The notes below the pieces were generated by a model. It saw only the letters and a program-made list of their open reading frames with translations, was not told the origin of the DNA and did not search any database. Position numbers and translations under genes: made by a program. This document shows, one piece after another, positions 1 to 40,472 of a stretch of DNA of 64,000 nucleotides (its first letter is position 1; every line of letters starts with the position of its first letter). The stretch is taken from NCBI GenBank assembly GCA_002269645.1, contig NIVC01001379.1:237447-301446 (forward strand), written 5' to 3'. Source of the stretch: Macrostomum lignano (Eukaryota).

Positions 1-54
1 TGTTAATATTAAAGAGAAACAAAGTATGGTACTATGAATCTTGTTCATATATGA

Positions 55-29537
<29,483 letters not shown>

Positions 29538-29954
29538 ATTCTCATTTAATAAAAATCTTCGCTTATTTTATAATAAACTCTTGCATTCCTACTGATAGTA
29601 GCAACTCAGCTCTTCAGTAGTATCGGTGGCTTATTCATGTTAAAGTGCATCAATATGCACTACTTTAATGGATAGTTCAATTTCAAAATTTGTCTGCAAT
29701 ATGACTTCATCAGCAGTTGTGCAATAATTTTATTGTGTGATCAGAAATTACACAGCTTTGATCTTATTTTTTGCTTTCCTTTTTTCAACATAGTCAAGCA
29801 TTATTTTTTGTATGATCTAATTAAGGGCATCTTTTTACACTACTACTATTACTATATAGTGTATATTACGAGCTATTTTGTGCAATGTAGAGTTTCTAGA
29901 ATGTGGCTTTTTATTGTAATTTTATCTCTATCAAATATTTGTACTGGAGATGGG

Positions 29955-30148
29955 GGTCATTAGCTCACTGAAGGGAATTGGGGCTGTGGGTCATTAGCTC
30001 ACTGAGAGGAATTGGGGCTGTGGGTCATTAGCTCACTGAGGGGAATTGGGGCTGTGGGTCATTAGCGCACTGAGGGGAATTGGGGCTGTGGGTCATTAGC
30101 TCACTGAGGGGAATTGGGGCTGTGGGTCATTAGCTCACTGAGGGGAAT
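29955..30148. repeat. 34-bp minisatellite, about 5 copies
   Basis: Unit GGGTCATTAGCTCACTGAGGGGAATTGGGGCTGT. Confidence 0.88.
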
Positions 30149-30823
30149 TGTTACAGTGAATTTGTTGCACCATTTTTAATTGCTTTTTCTTGAGAGTGAT
30201 TTTGCTAAATCCTGAAGTATTACTGTTGTATATTCAGTCAAGTCGGTGACTTGCTGCCAATAGAGAAAAATGTAATTCTCAAAAAAATGGATGAGAATCT
30301 CTCTGATTGGATTGCATGATTTTTCTACAAATTTTATCACAATTCTGAGTGAGTTTCCCTTATAACTATTTTTCTTACATATTAGTTAAAATAAATGGTT
30401 TTTTGCACTGCTGCAATAATGAACCCGAATTATGATATTCTGTGATATTATCGTTATTATTCATACTTAATTTTTATTGTTAATTGCTTAAAATATTATC
30501 TAATCGCTCTGATACGAGTGTATTGGCATTATAAATATGATTTATTATTTGCTTTTGCAGATCAGTTTATTATCGAGTAAATTCGAGCTATTGTGTTATG
30601 AGTTCATCTTTAGCTGCTTGTGCAGCAAATATACTGAATATTGCTGATGCTCCTTATACACAATATTCAGAATGTCCTTTACTGCTTCATTTTTTATGCT
30701 TCTACTTTAACTTCAATAGGAACGTAACATTGTATTAGGCCTAATGTTAGATCACTGCAAAGCATTCTATAATTTTTTTGGTTTTTTTTCTTGCCAGTTA
30801 TCTTTTTGTCTTAGTGTCCTCCT

Positions 30824-31010
<187 letters not shown>

Positions 31011-31053
31011 TCTGTCAGTCAGCCTCACTGCTCCAACCCTCAGCTAACCAGTC

Positions 31054-34000
31054 ATGTCGCACCCCAGCGCGCCCAGCAACCAGCCAAATGTGCTGCACCT
31101 GCCGCAGCTGTCCATCACGGAGGAGAACTGGTCGGCCGGCTTGCAGTCGCTGCTGGATCATGTCCGGCCCACTTGGCAGCTTGCCAACTGCGGCCAGCGC
31201 CTGTTCACCGAGGGCATCACCAACAAGCTGGTCGCGCTGCACTATGGCGAGCGATTCCAATTCGGTGATGACGTCATCCTTATTCGAATCTACGGCGAGA
31301 AGACCGAACTGATAATTGACCGCCAGGCGGAGGTGCGCAACATGCGCCTGCTGCACTCGCACGGCTTCTGCAAGCCCGTCTACGCCACCTTCGCCAACGG
31401 CCTCTGCTACGGATACGTTCACGGAGATGTGAGTGACGCTGCAATCTCGAATGTACCTGGTAGGATAATGCGATTCTGGCTGCACCTCTGGCATAGTGGG
31501 GTAGAGTGAGGTTAGGCCACTGTGAAGCTCATGAAGCTGTCCTAGAGACCTGTCACAGGGCTATCATAAAGCTGTCATAAAACTGTCAGAAATCTGTCAA
31601 AACAGTCATAAAGCCATCATAAAATTGTCAGAAAGATGCCATAAAACTGTCAGAAAGCTGTTATAAAACTGTCAGAAATCTGTCATATAACTGTCAGAAA
31701 GCTGTCATAAAACTGTCAGAAAGCTGTCATATAACTGTCAGAAGTCTGTCATAAAACTGTCAGAAAGCTGTCATAAAACTGTCAGAAAGCTGTCATAAAA
31801 ATGTCAGAAAGCTGTCATAAAACTGACAAACTGTCAGGAAGCGGTCATAAAACTGTCAGAAAGCTGTCATAAAACTGTCATAAAACTGTCAGAAAGCTGT
31901 CAAAACTGTCAGGAAGCTGTCATAAAACTGTCAGAAATCTGTCAGAAATCTGTCATCAAACTGTCGGAAAGCTGTCATAAAACTGTCAGAAAGCTGTCAT
32001 TAACTGTCAGGAAGCTGTCATAAAACTGTCAGAAAGCTGTCATCAAACTGTCAGAAAGCTGTCATAAAACTTTCAGAAAGCTGTCATAAAACTGTCAGAA
32101 AGCTGTCATAAAACTGCCAGGAAGCTGTCATAAAACTGTCTGAAAGCTGTCAGAAAGCTGTCATAAAACTGTCAGTAAGCTGTCATAACACTGTCAGAAA
32201 GCTGTCATAAAACTGTCAGAAAGCTGTCATAAAACTGTCTAAAACTGTCATAAAACTGTCAGAAAGCTGTCATAAAACTGTCTGAAACTGTCATAAAACT
32301 GTCAAAAAGCTGTCATAAAACTGTCAAAAAGCTGTCATAAAACTGTCAGAAAGCTGTCATCAAACCGTCAGGAAGCTGTCATAAAACTGTCATAAAACTG
32401 TCAGAAAGCTGCCAAAACTGTCTGGAAGCTGTCATAAAACTGTCTGAAAGCTGTCAGAAATCTGTCATCAAACTGTCGGAAAGCTGTCATAAAACTGTCA
32501 GAAAGCTGTCATTAACTGTCAGGAAGCTGTCATAAAACTGTCAGAAAGCTGTCATAAAACTGTCTGAAACTGTCAAAAAACTGTCAAAAAGCTGCCATAA
32601 AACTGTCAGAAAGCTGTCATAAAACTGTCAGAAAGCCGTCAAAACAGTCATAAAGCCATCATAAAATTGTCAGAAAGCTGCCATAAAACTGTCAGAAAGC
32701 TGTTATAAAACTGTCAGAAATCTGTCATATAACTGTCAGAAAGCTGCCATAAAACTGTCAGAAAGCTGTCATAAAACTGTCAGAAAGCTGTCATAAAACT
32801 GTCAGGAAGCGGTCATAAAACTGTCAGAAAGCTGTCATAAAACCGTCAGGAAGCTGTCAAAACTGTCAGAAAGCTGTCATAAAACTGCCAGGAAGCTGTC
32901 ATAAAACTGTCAGAAAGCTGTCAGAAAGCTGTCATGAAACTGTCAGGAAGCTGTCATAACACTGTCAGAAAGCTGTCATAAAACTGTCAGAAAGCTGTCA
33001 TAAAACTGTCTAAAACTGTCATAAAACTGTCAGAAAGCTGTCATAAAACTGTCTGAAACTGTCATAAAACTGTCAGAAAGCTGTCATAAAACTGTCAGAA
33101 AGCTGTCATAAAACTGTCTGAAACTGTCATAAAACTGTCAAAAAGCTGTCATAAAACTGTCAAAAAGCTGTCATGAAACTGTCAGAAAGCTGTCATTAAC
33201 TGTCAGAAAGCTGTCATAAACCTGTCTGAAACTGTCAAAAAATTATTGAGAATCTCACCCCAACCCGCATGCAGGTGGCAGACGAGGAGCTGGTCCGGGA
33301 GCCCACCTTTGGCCGCCTGGTTGCCCGAGAGCTGGCCAGCCTGCACTGCCTGCAGGTGCCATCAGCCGACGGCGAATCCGCCGCCCTCAGCCGATGGTCT
33401 TCGCCACCATGCGCCGCTTCCTGGAGCTCGGCCCGGACGAATTCCCCGAGCCGGACAGGCAGGCCCGGTTCCGCGCTGCCCTGCCGGACAAGGCGGCTCT
33501 CCGCGCCGAGGTGGCCGACCTCGAGGCTCACCTGGTGCCGCTGGCCTGTCCTGTGGTGTTCAGCCACAACGACACCTTGATTAAGAATTTCGTCTACGAC
33601 CGGCGGGAACAGAGGGTGTTTCTAATCGACTTCGAGTACTGCGCCCACAACTACCTGCCGTTCGACCTGGCCAATCATTTCAACGAATTTGCCGGGGTGG
33701 CGACCGTGGATCATTCCAGGTGTGCAGGTGGGGGGGGGGGCAGGTTAGCTCAGCGGTGACTCGTCTATTTGTTGAGTAGTGTCTACCTGTCAGAGTAGTG
33801 TCTACCTGTCAGAGTAGTGTCTACCTGTCAGAGTAGTGTCTACTTGTCAGAGTAGTGTCTACCTGTCAGAGTAGTGTCTACCCATCAGAGTAGTGTCTAC
33901 CTGTCAGAGTAGTGTCTACCCATCTACCCATCAGAGTAGTGTCTACTTGTCAGAGTAGCATCTACCCATCAGAGTTGTGTCTACCCATCAGAGTAGTGTC

Positions 34001-35083
34001 TACCCATCAGAGTAGTGTCTACCCGTCAGAGTAGTGTCTACCTGTCAGAGTAGTGTCCACCTGTCAGAGTAGTTTCTACCTGTCAGAGTAGTGTCTACTT
34101 GTCAGAGTAGTTTCTACCTGTCAGAGTAGTGTCTACCCGTCAGTAGTGTCTACCTGTCAGAGTAGTGTCTACCTGTCAGAGTAGTTTCTACCTGTCAGAG
34201 TAGTGTCTACCTGTCAGAGTAGTGTCTACCCGTCAGAGTAGTTTCTACCTGTCAGAGTAGTGTCTACCTGTCAGAGTAGTGTCTACCTGTCAGAGTAGTG
34301 TCTACCCGTCAGAGTAGTTTCTACCTGTCAGAGTAGTGTCCACCCGTCAGAGTAGTGTCTACCCATCAGAGTAGTGTCTACCTGTCAGAGTAGCATCTAC
34401 CTGTCAGAGTAGTGTCTACCTGTCAGAGTAGCATCTACCTGTCAGAGTAGTGTCTACCTGTCAGAGTAGCATCTACCTGTCAGAGTAGTTTCTACCTGTC
34501 AGAGTAGTTTCTACTTGTCAGAGTAGTTTCTACCTGTCAGAGTAGTGTCTACCTGTCAGAGTAGTGTCTACCTGTCAGAGTAGTGTCTACCCGTCAGTAG
34601 TGTCTACCTGTCAGAGTAGTGTCTACCTGTCAGAGTAGTTTCTACCTGTCAGAGTAGTGTCTAGATCCGCAGAATGGCTTCAATGCTAGCTTTCGAGGGC
34701 CACCCTCTGAGGCCCAGAGAGTGTACATGTCTGACGGTGGACTGTTGGCTTGATTAGCCGTTAAAGTGCAGAATAACAAACTTAGCTAACTAATAACTAT
34801 AAATCTCAGGTACCCGAGTCGGGAGTTTCAGCTGCCCTGGCTGCGCAACTACCTGCAGTACAGGGACGGCTTCCTTGGCGGTGGCGGAGCGGACTCGCTG
34901 GACTCTCGAGTTGAGCAGCTCTACAGGGAGGTGACCAAGTTTTCTCTGGCCTCGCATCTGCTCTGGGCCCTGTGGGCCCTGGTGCAGGCCAGGCACTCCA
35001 CCATCGATTTCGACTTTCTGGACTACGCCATCAGCCGCTACGGCGAGTATAAGGCTAAGAAGGCTGAGCGGCTGGCGTGCTGA
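31054..35083 (+). CDS. ETNK1: Ethanolamine kinase (choline/ethanolamine kinase family); exons 31054-31428, 33275-33719 (frame break near 33356-33390), 34810-35083
   Basis: FTEGITNKL, ILIRIYGEKTELIIDR, YATFANGLCYGY, PVVFSHNDTLIKN, FLIDFEY...FDLANHFNEFAG, SRYPSREFQL, LWALVQARHSTIDFDF; GT-AG borders in phase. Confidence 0.93.
31550..33238. repeat. 22-bp (2x11) intronic satellite
   Basis: Unit AAAACTGTCAGAAAGCTGTCAT. Confidence 0.93.
33778..34660. repeat. 19-bp intronic minisatellite
   Basis: Unit AGAGTAGTGTCTACCTGTC. Confidence 0.93.
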
Positions 35084-35189
35084 GGCCTTCAGACTGGCGC
35101 CTCTGCACCCTCAGTTCTGGCCTCCGGTTCTGACTGCATCCCGCTTCGTCAGTTTCTGCATACCGCCTTGACTCCTCTGCATCCTCCTC

Positions 35190-35335
35190 TCCTCCCTCTC
35201 CAGCCTCCTCCCTCTACATCTTCCTCTCCTCCCTCTGCACCTTCCTCTCCTCCCTCTGCATCTTCCTCTCCTCCCTCTGCATCTTCCTCTCCTCCCTCTG
35301 CATCTTCCTCTCCTCCCTCTCCACCTTCCTCTCTT
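35190..35335. repeat. 21-bp pyrimidine-rich repeat downstream of the ETNK stop
   Basis: Unit CTCCTCCCTCTGCATCTTCCT. Confidence 0.8.
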
Positions 35336-35861
35336 CCTTCAAATCTGTCAGTTAAGGTTTGGTTTTTGAGTTTTTGCCAACTCCAATTCAAACTGCCAGC
35401 TTTATTTCCTGTTAGGCTTAGATATTATTGACAATTGACAATTATGATTAATTTAATTGATTGGTGCAGCCTTGATATTTTTGCATGGTAATTACCTAGA
35501 CTTTGAAATGAGTTTAATTAAATTAATTTATTATTGTTATTACTAATCCACACAGTCGCATCATTTCCTTGCAATCTTACTCGATCTGTGCCTTGCTAAA
35601 CTCTTGTCTTCTATGCTACTTACTGGCTGCCCTTTGTTAGTAGTGTGAGACCGAAATCTTATATGTTGAATGTTTATAATTCTTTAATCAAGCTAATAGA
35701 ATTTTTTCTCAAATTTGAACTGTCCGAAGAGCTGGAAAAATTCATCTTTTTTATTGCCTAAATTTATTTCATTGCCATCCGTCGATAAAAGCATCGAACT
35801 TGCTGTTTCTTGAGTTCTTTTTTTAGCTGCATGCAGATTCTCTGTATTGGCAGTGTTGAGA

Positions 35862-36365
35862 CTCTACTCTATAGGCAGATACCACTACTTTATAGGTAGA
35901 CACTACTACTTTATAGGTAGACACCACTACTTTATAGGTAGACACTACTACTTTATAGGTAGACACCACTACTTTATAGGTAGACACCACTACTTTATAG
36001 GTAGACACCACTACTTTATAGGTAGACACTACTACTATATAGGTAGACACCACTACTTTATAGGTAGACACTACTACTTTATAGGTAGACACCACTACTT
36101 TATAGGTAGACACTACTACTTTATAGGTAGACACCACTACTTTATAGGTAGACACTACTACTTTATAGGTAGACACCACTACTTTATAGGTAGACACCAC
36201 TACTTTATAGGTAGACACTCACTAATCTCTAAAGGTAGAAACCACTAATCTCTAAAGGTAGAAACCACTAATCTCTAAAGGTAGACACCACTAATCTCTA
36301 AATGTAGACACCACTAACCTACAGGTAGACACTCCTTAATCTACAGGTAGGCACCGCTACTCTAT
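35862..36365. repeat. 21-bp minisatellite
   Basis: Unit ACCACTACTTTATAGGTAGAC. Confidence 0.92.
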
Positions 36366-36489
36366 AGATGAAGTCGGTAAACTCTATAGACTCTAGGTAG
36401 AAGATACCATTATTCGGTTGAGCACTACTCTACACGCGGATATTAGTCCACTAGTAGGCACTAAATCAGTGCAGTGCAAATAGACACCA

Positions 36490-37182
36490 ATGCATTGTCA
36501 GGCAGTTCATCCAGCACAGAACGCCACTCTGCCCTGCAGACTATTATCGCTGTTATTTGCACCAGCTGGCAGCCACTTAGCAGTCGCGGCCCCTTCAATT
36601 CTTCAGGCGTCGTCAGGCAGCCGCGGTTCGACCCGGTCATCGGCCGCATCTGCTCAAATTCGACTGACCAGCCGCAGCCGTCAGCAGCAGCCGGCAGAGC
36701 AGCTGCAGCAGCCGCGCACCCGCAGCCAAAGAGCCTCCACGGGGACCCCCGCCACTCAGCAGCAGCGGCGATCGCGGCAGCAATCGTTGAAGCCGCCGCC
36801 GCCTCCGAGCTCCGATAGCGGCGCCAACTGCCGCGCCGAGGCCGCTACGTCAGGTCGCGGGCGCCGCCGTTGTCATGACAACAACGCCTCGACTGGCGGC
36901 AGAGTCGGCGCCAATGACGACAACGGTGAAGCCTCTGGCGGCAAGCGGAGCCGGCAGTCGGCCTCGATCTGCTGCCCGATCTGCCTGGACAGCCTGGACA
37001 CCTTCGAGGACTCCGGCAAGCGCCTGGTGTCGGCCTACTGCGGCCACCTGTTCTGCTCGCTCTGCCTGGCTGCCGTGGAGGCGCGGCCGGCAGCTGACTG
37101 GGCCGCCCACTTCGGCTGCCCGGTGTGCCAGGTGCCGCTGAGGACGGGCGCCAGCCACCACCCGGTTTACTGGACCAGCTGA
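36490..37182 (+). CDS. RNF4: RNF4-like C-terminal RING (C3HC4) E3 ligase; true start or upstream exons uncertain
   Basis: CPICLDSL...RLVSAYCGHLFCSLC...CPVCQ...HHPVYW* resembles the RNF4/Dgrn RING and its HPIY terminus, after a disordered region. No SIMs identified. Confidence 0.7.
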   Translation: MHCQAVHPAQNATLPCRLLSLLFAPAGSHLAVAAPSILQASSGSRGSTRSSAASAQIRLTSRSRQQQPAEQLQQPRTRSQRASTGTPATQQQRRSRQQSLKPPPPPSSDSGANCRAEAATSGRGRRRCHDNNASTGGRVGANDDNGEASGGKRSRQSASICCPICLDSLDTFEDSGKRLVSAYCGHLFCSLCLAAVEARPAADWAAHFGCPVCQVPLRTGASHHPVYWTS

Positions 37183-39894
37183 GCTCGACCAGCAGTCGCA
37201 TTTACACACAGTCTCAAGCCTTTGTTTCCAGGCAGGAGAGGCCGTTCGGAACTCAACTGCCAACAATTGTCAAACAATTTTATTTAATATTTAAACTCCC
37301 GTTTTTTATTCACCAGCTAAAAGGAAAATTATTTTCATTTTTCCGTTTAATTAAACGCACGCCTAATCATAACTGCTTCATTGCTTGTGCATTTGTCACA
37401 TTTGCTACTTTAAGTAGCCTAATAAGAGTGCGTGCAACGATATTCGAAGGTCCACTGTGACTTTATTTATTTCGCGAGAATGATTTTTCTTCAAAATATG
37501 CAAGTTTTCTTTTTTGCTTTCTTTATTTTTTTGACAACAGTTGCATAAGACCGCAAATTCTAGAATAACTAAGCATACCACTTGCAATTAAAGTTATGAA
37601 AAAAGTAGCTATAGCCTCTACTCTTTTTCAGTAGTTTGTCTGCGCAGTGTCATTTCAATTTAATTTTGAAGTTAAAATTTTCTTTCTTTAACCAGGGTTT
37701 GTGGCCTAAATGGGGTAGGAATAAACAGAAAACATTTAACTCGATGTACACAAGTGAATGCAAGACGGACGAAACCCCGTCTACGGCAGGCCTCAGCCAA
37801 TGTGGCTCAGCCAATGAGAGAGCAGTAAGGAGAGAGGTCAAAGTCAAATGAATGAAAATCAACCTAGGGACAGGCCCAATGTGGCTCATCCAATGAGAGA
37901 GCAGCAAGGAGAAAGAAAAAAGTCTGACATCTTTATTGGCCTGGCTGTGCAACCCCTTTTCTCTTGCTGGCTATGCACGCACTGTATTTGGTTTTTTCTG
38001 CAATCTTCAATATTAGTATATTTGTGTATATAACTGAAGCAGTGAGTATTTTTGCTTCATATCATACCTCAGCATTTCAGCATCATCTTATACAAGGGAA
38101 AGCATTTACAATCTACAGGGGAAGATTTTAAGCTACCTTACACTTCACGTAGCGCTCTCAATGCTCGGAATGTCGACACTGAAATATTCATGTCAGGAAC
38201 TACTTAAGACTTGCTTGTAGCCTCGTGTTTGGCATTGTGACGCAATCAATTCCAAAGAATCCAGACGGCTTTGGGCAGGATGTGGTGACAGTTGTACTTG
38301 GCAATGAGAAGCCCAATCGTGCTTTTTAGGGGACTGGACTCAACAAGAATCCTTACAGAAAGCGTCTCTTCTGAAGTTTAGAAAGAAGAAAAGAAGAAAA
38401 GAAAAGAAAAGAAAAAACTATAGACGACTCTAAAGCGACGAGATGTCACACTAAAATTTGCTAAAAAGTGGCCGGAGTCAATTTGAGGCGTTTTTACTGT
38501 CTGCGACTCTGAAACCACTCTGGAGCACTACTAAGAGTATAATGACTCTTCACTTTATGAATTAGAATTGCATTTCGCATTTATAACAACTCTATTTAGT
38601 CTACTTGAGTTAGTAGAGATTTAAGCGCAAACACGACTCTTGAATGATATTTTGAGACTCTTTCGATTCTGAAACTCGCGTGATGCCTCTCAGTTAAATT
38701 ACAGTCGTTTGAGTCGTTAAAGTGTTAAAAATTCGTCCCAGAGTCGCTAGAGTGAGTTGCTTGCAATGACTCTTCAGCGATGCTTGTCACGGCTTGTAGT
38801 AGCAGTTTTCTAAAATTCAAAAGCCGCTAATTTCTCGTGCTTCAAGAGAATGGACCCCGGCTTGCTGCATCAGATCTAGTTCAGTAAAGGAAGGTTCTTT
38901 ATCAGCGACCTCTAGTTTGTCGAGCATCCAGATGGCCCAGACCATCGAGCAACCATCAATACAGGTCGTGCAAATAAGGATAGACAACAAATATCATTTC
39001 CTTTTCTTTCCCAAGAATCTCTTTTTGGCCTCCCGACTATTTGCGCAGAGGTTAAAAACAAATTAGACGCAGCACCCAAGCTGCCCAAATCGATTTGATG
39101 TTGGTCAAACGGCGCCAATCCGTACGCTTTTAGTCTATTTAGTTCGGGGAACTTGTAACAGAAGCGAAAATGTTACTGTAAGTAATAAGAATAGATTAGA
39201 AGAGTATTTTAAGAGTGTTATTTGAGTCAAAATACAGAAAGCTCGATAACACAGTAAGCAACCAGCTACGACTTAGGTAGGCCGCGTGCGCGCACTGAGC
39301 CCGCGCTAAAACTGTGTTGTTTTGTGAAATTCGAAACCAAACTAGCCAAGTAAAGATTAAGGAAAAAACAGTTGTGCCGAAATGATCTATAGAAAGCAGC
39401 AAAGATCAGGATAGCCTTGGTTAACAATCAATAGAATCACAATATATATGCATAGCAGGGTACTCTTACCGAACCGTGCAGTATGGCACAGGTAGCAGAC
39501 AGTAAGTTACAAATCTACCTATTTTATTTGCTGCATAGGAAATAATATGAAAAATTAGGGAAAGCAAAAACAGAGATTAATGTTAAAACAGGACAATACC
39601 ATGCGGCGCAAACAGCAGAGCTGTTAATAGCAAATCCACAGAGCACGGAGAGGCGTATTAAAACAATTCAATTGCGAAAGAAAAAATCGAGGCAATGCAA
39701 TAATTAAAAAAATATTTAAATTTGTGTGCCGACAATTGACAGCGCAGGTATTGCAACAACTTGAGCTTGTTTCAATAATTAACTGTTTTTAAGTCATAGG
39801 TAATCTATAAGTAGATAAATTGAACTGATAAGGAAATTGCAGTAGTGTGTGAATCATACATACCTGCACTACTACTACTACAAAAAGAAATGAT

Positions 39895-40170
39895 AATAAT
39901 AATTGATTACACCTGCCCTAATTGGGCCAGATGTGCAACCGACAGCATCTGAAGGCTGCGTACGGCTGTTCAGTCCAAGGACTGGGGAGTCGCCACGCAC
40001 ACTCTCAATTACCCCAGCTAATGCTGGCACCCATTTTACAGCTGGGTGAACTGAAGCAATGCAGAGTTGAGTGTCTTGCTCAAAAACACAAATTATTCCG
40101 AGTGGGTCGAGAATCGAACCCCCAACCTTTCAGCCGTGAGTCCGACGCTCTGACCACTACAACTACAACC
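39895..40170 (-). mobile_element. tRNA-derived SINE
   Basis: Reverse complement has a tRNA head with B-box (GGTTCGATTC), a TGAGCAAGACAC...CCCAGCTGTAAAATGGGT core and an AT-rich tail; homologous to 52405-52692. Confidence 0.8.
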
Positions 40171-40472
40171 TCATACACTACTGCTACACTACTACTAGAA
40201 TTTTAGGGTACATTGTGCCGTAATCAAGAAAATGATCAACACTATTTAGCTAACTTTTAGCTCGTACTACTAAGTAAAAGTAGTAAGGACAAGCACATTT
40301 TTAAATGACTAATTATCTGACTAGTTACCTAAACTACAGGTGGCAATTACTTAGTTAAATAAAAAAGACAAGCAAAACAAGAGAAAACTTGCACCTCGCA
40401 AACCGGCTACTCATTAATATTATTATTACCGTAATTTTTTTATTATTACAGTCAAGTTCATCAGCTTTCCTC

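Noticed and set aside
38150-38420. 3' end of a LINE before the GAAAA tail
   Set aside because: The tail is suggestive, but no RT or zinc-knuckle motif could be read in any frame.
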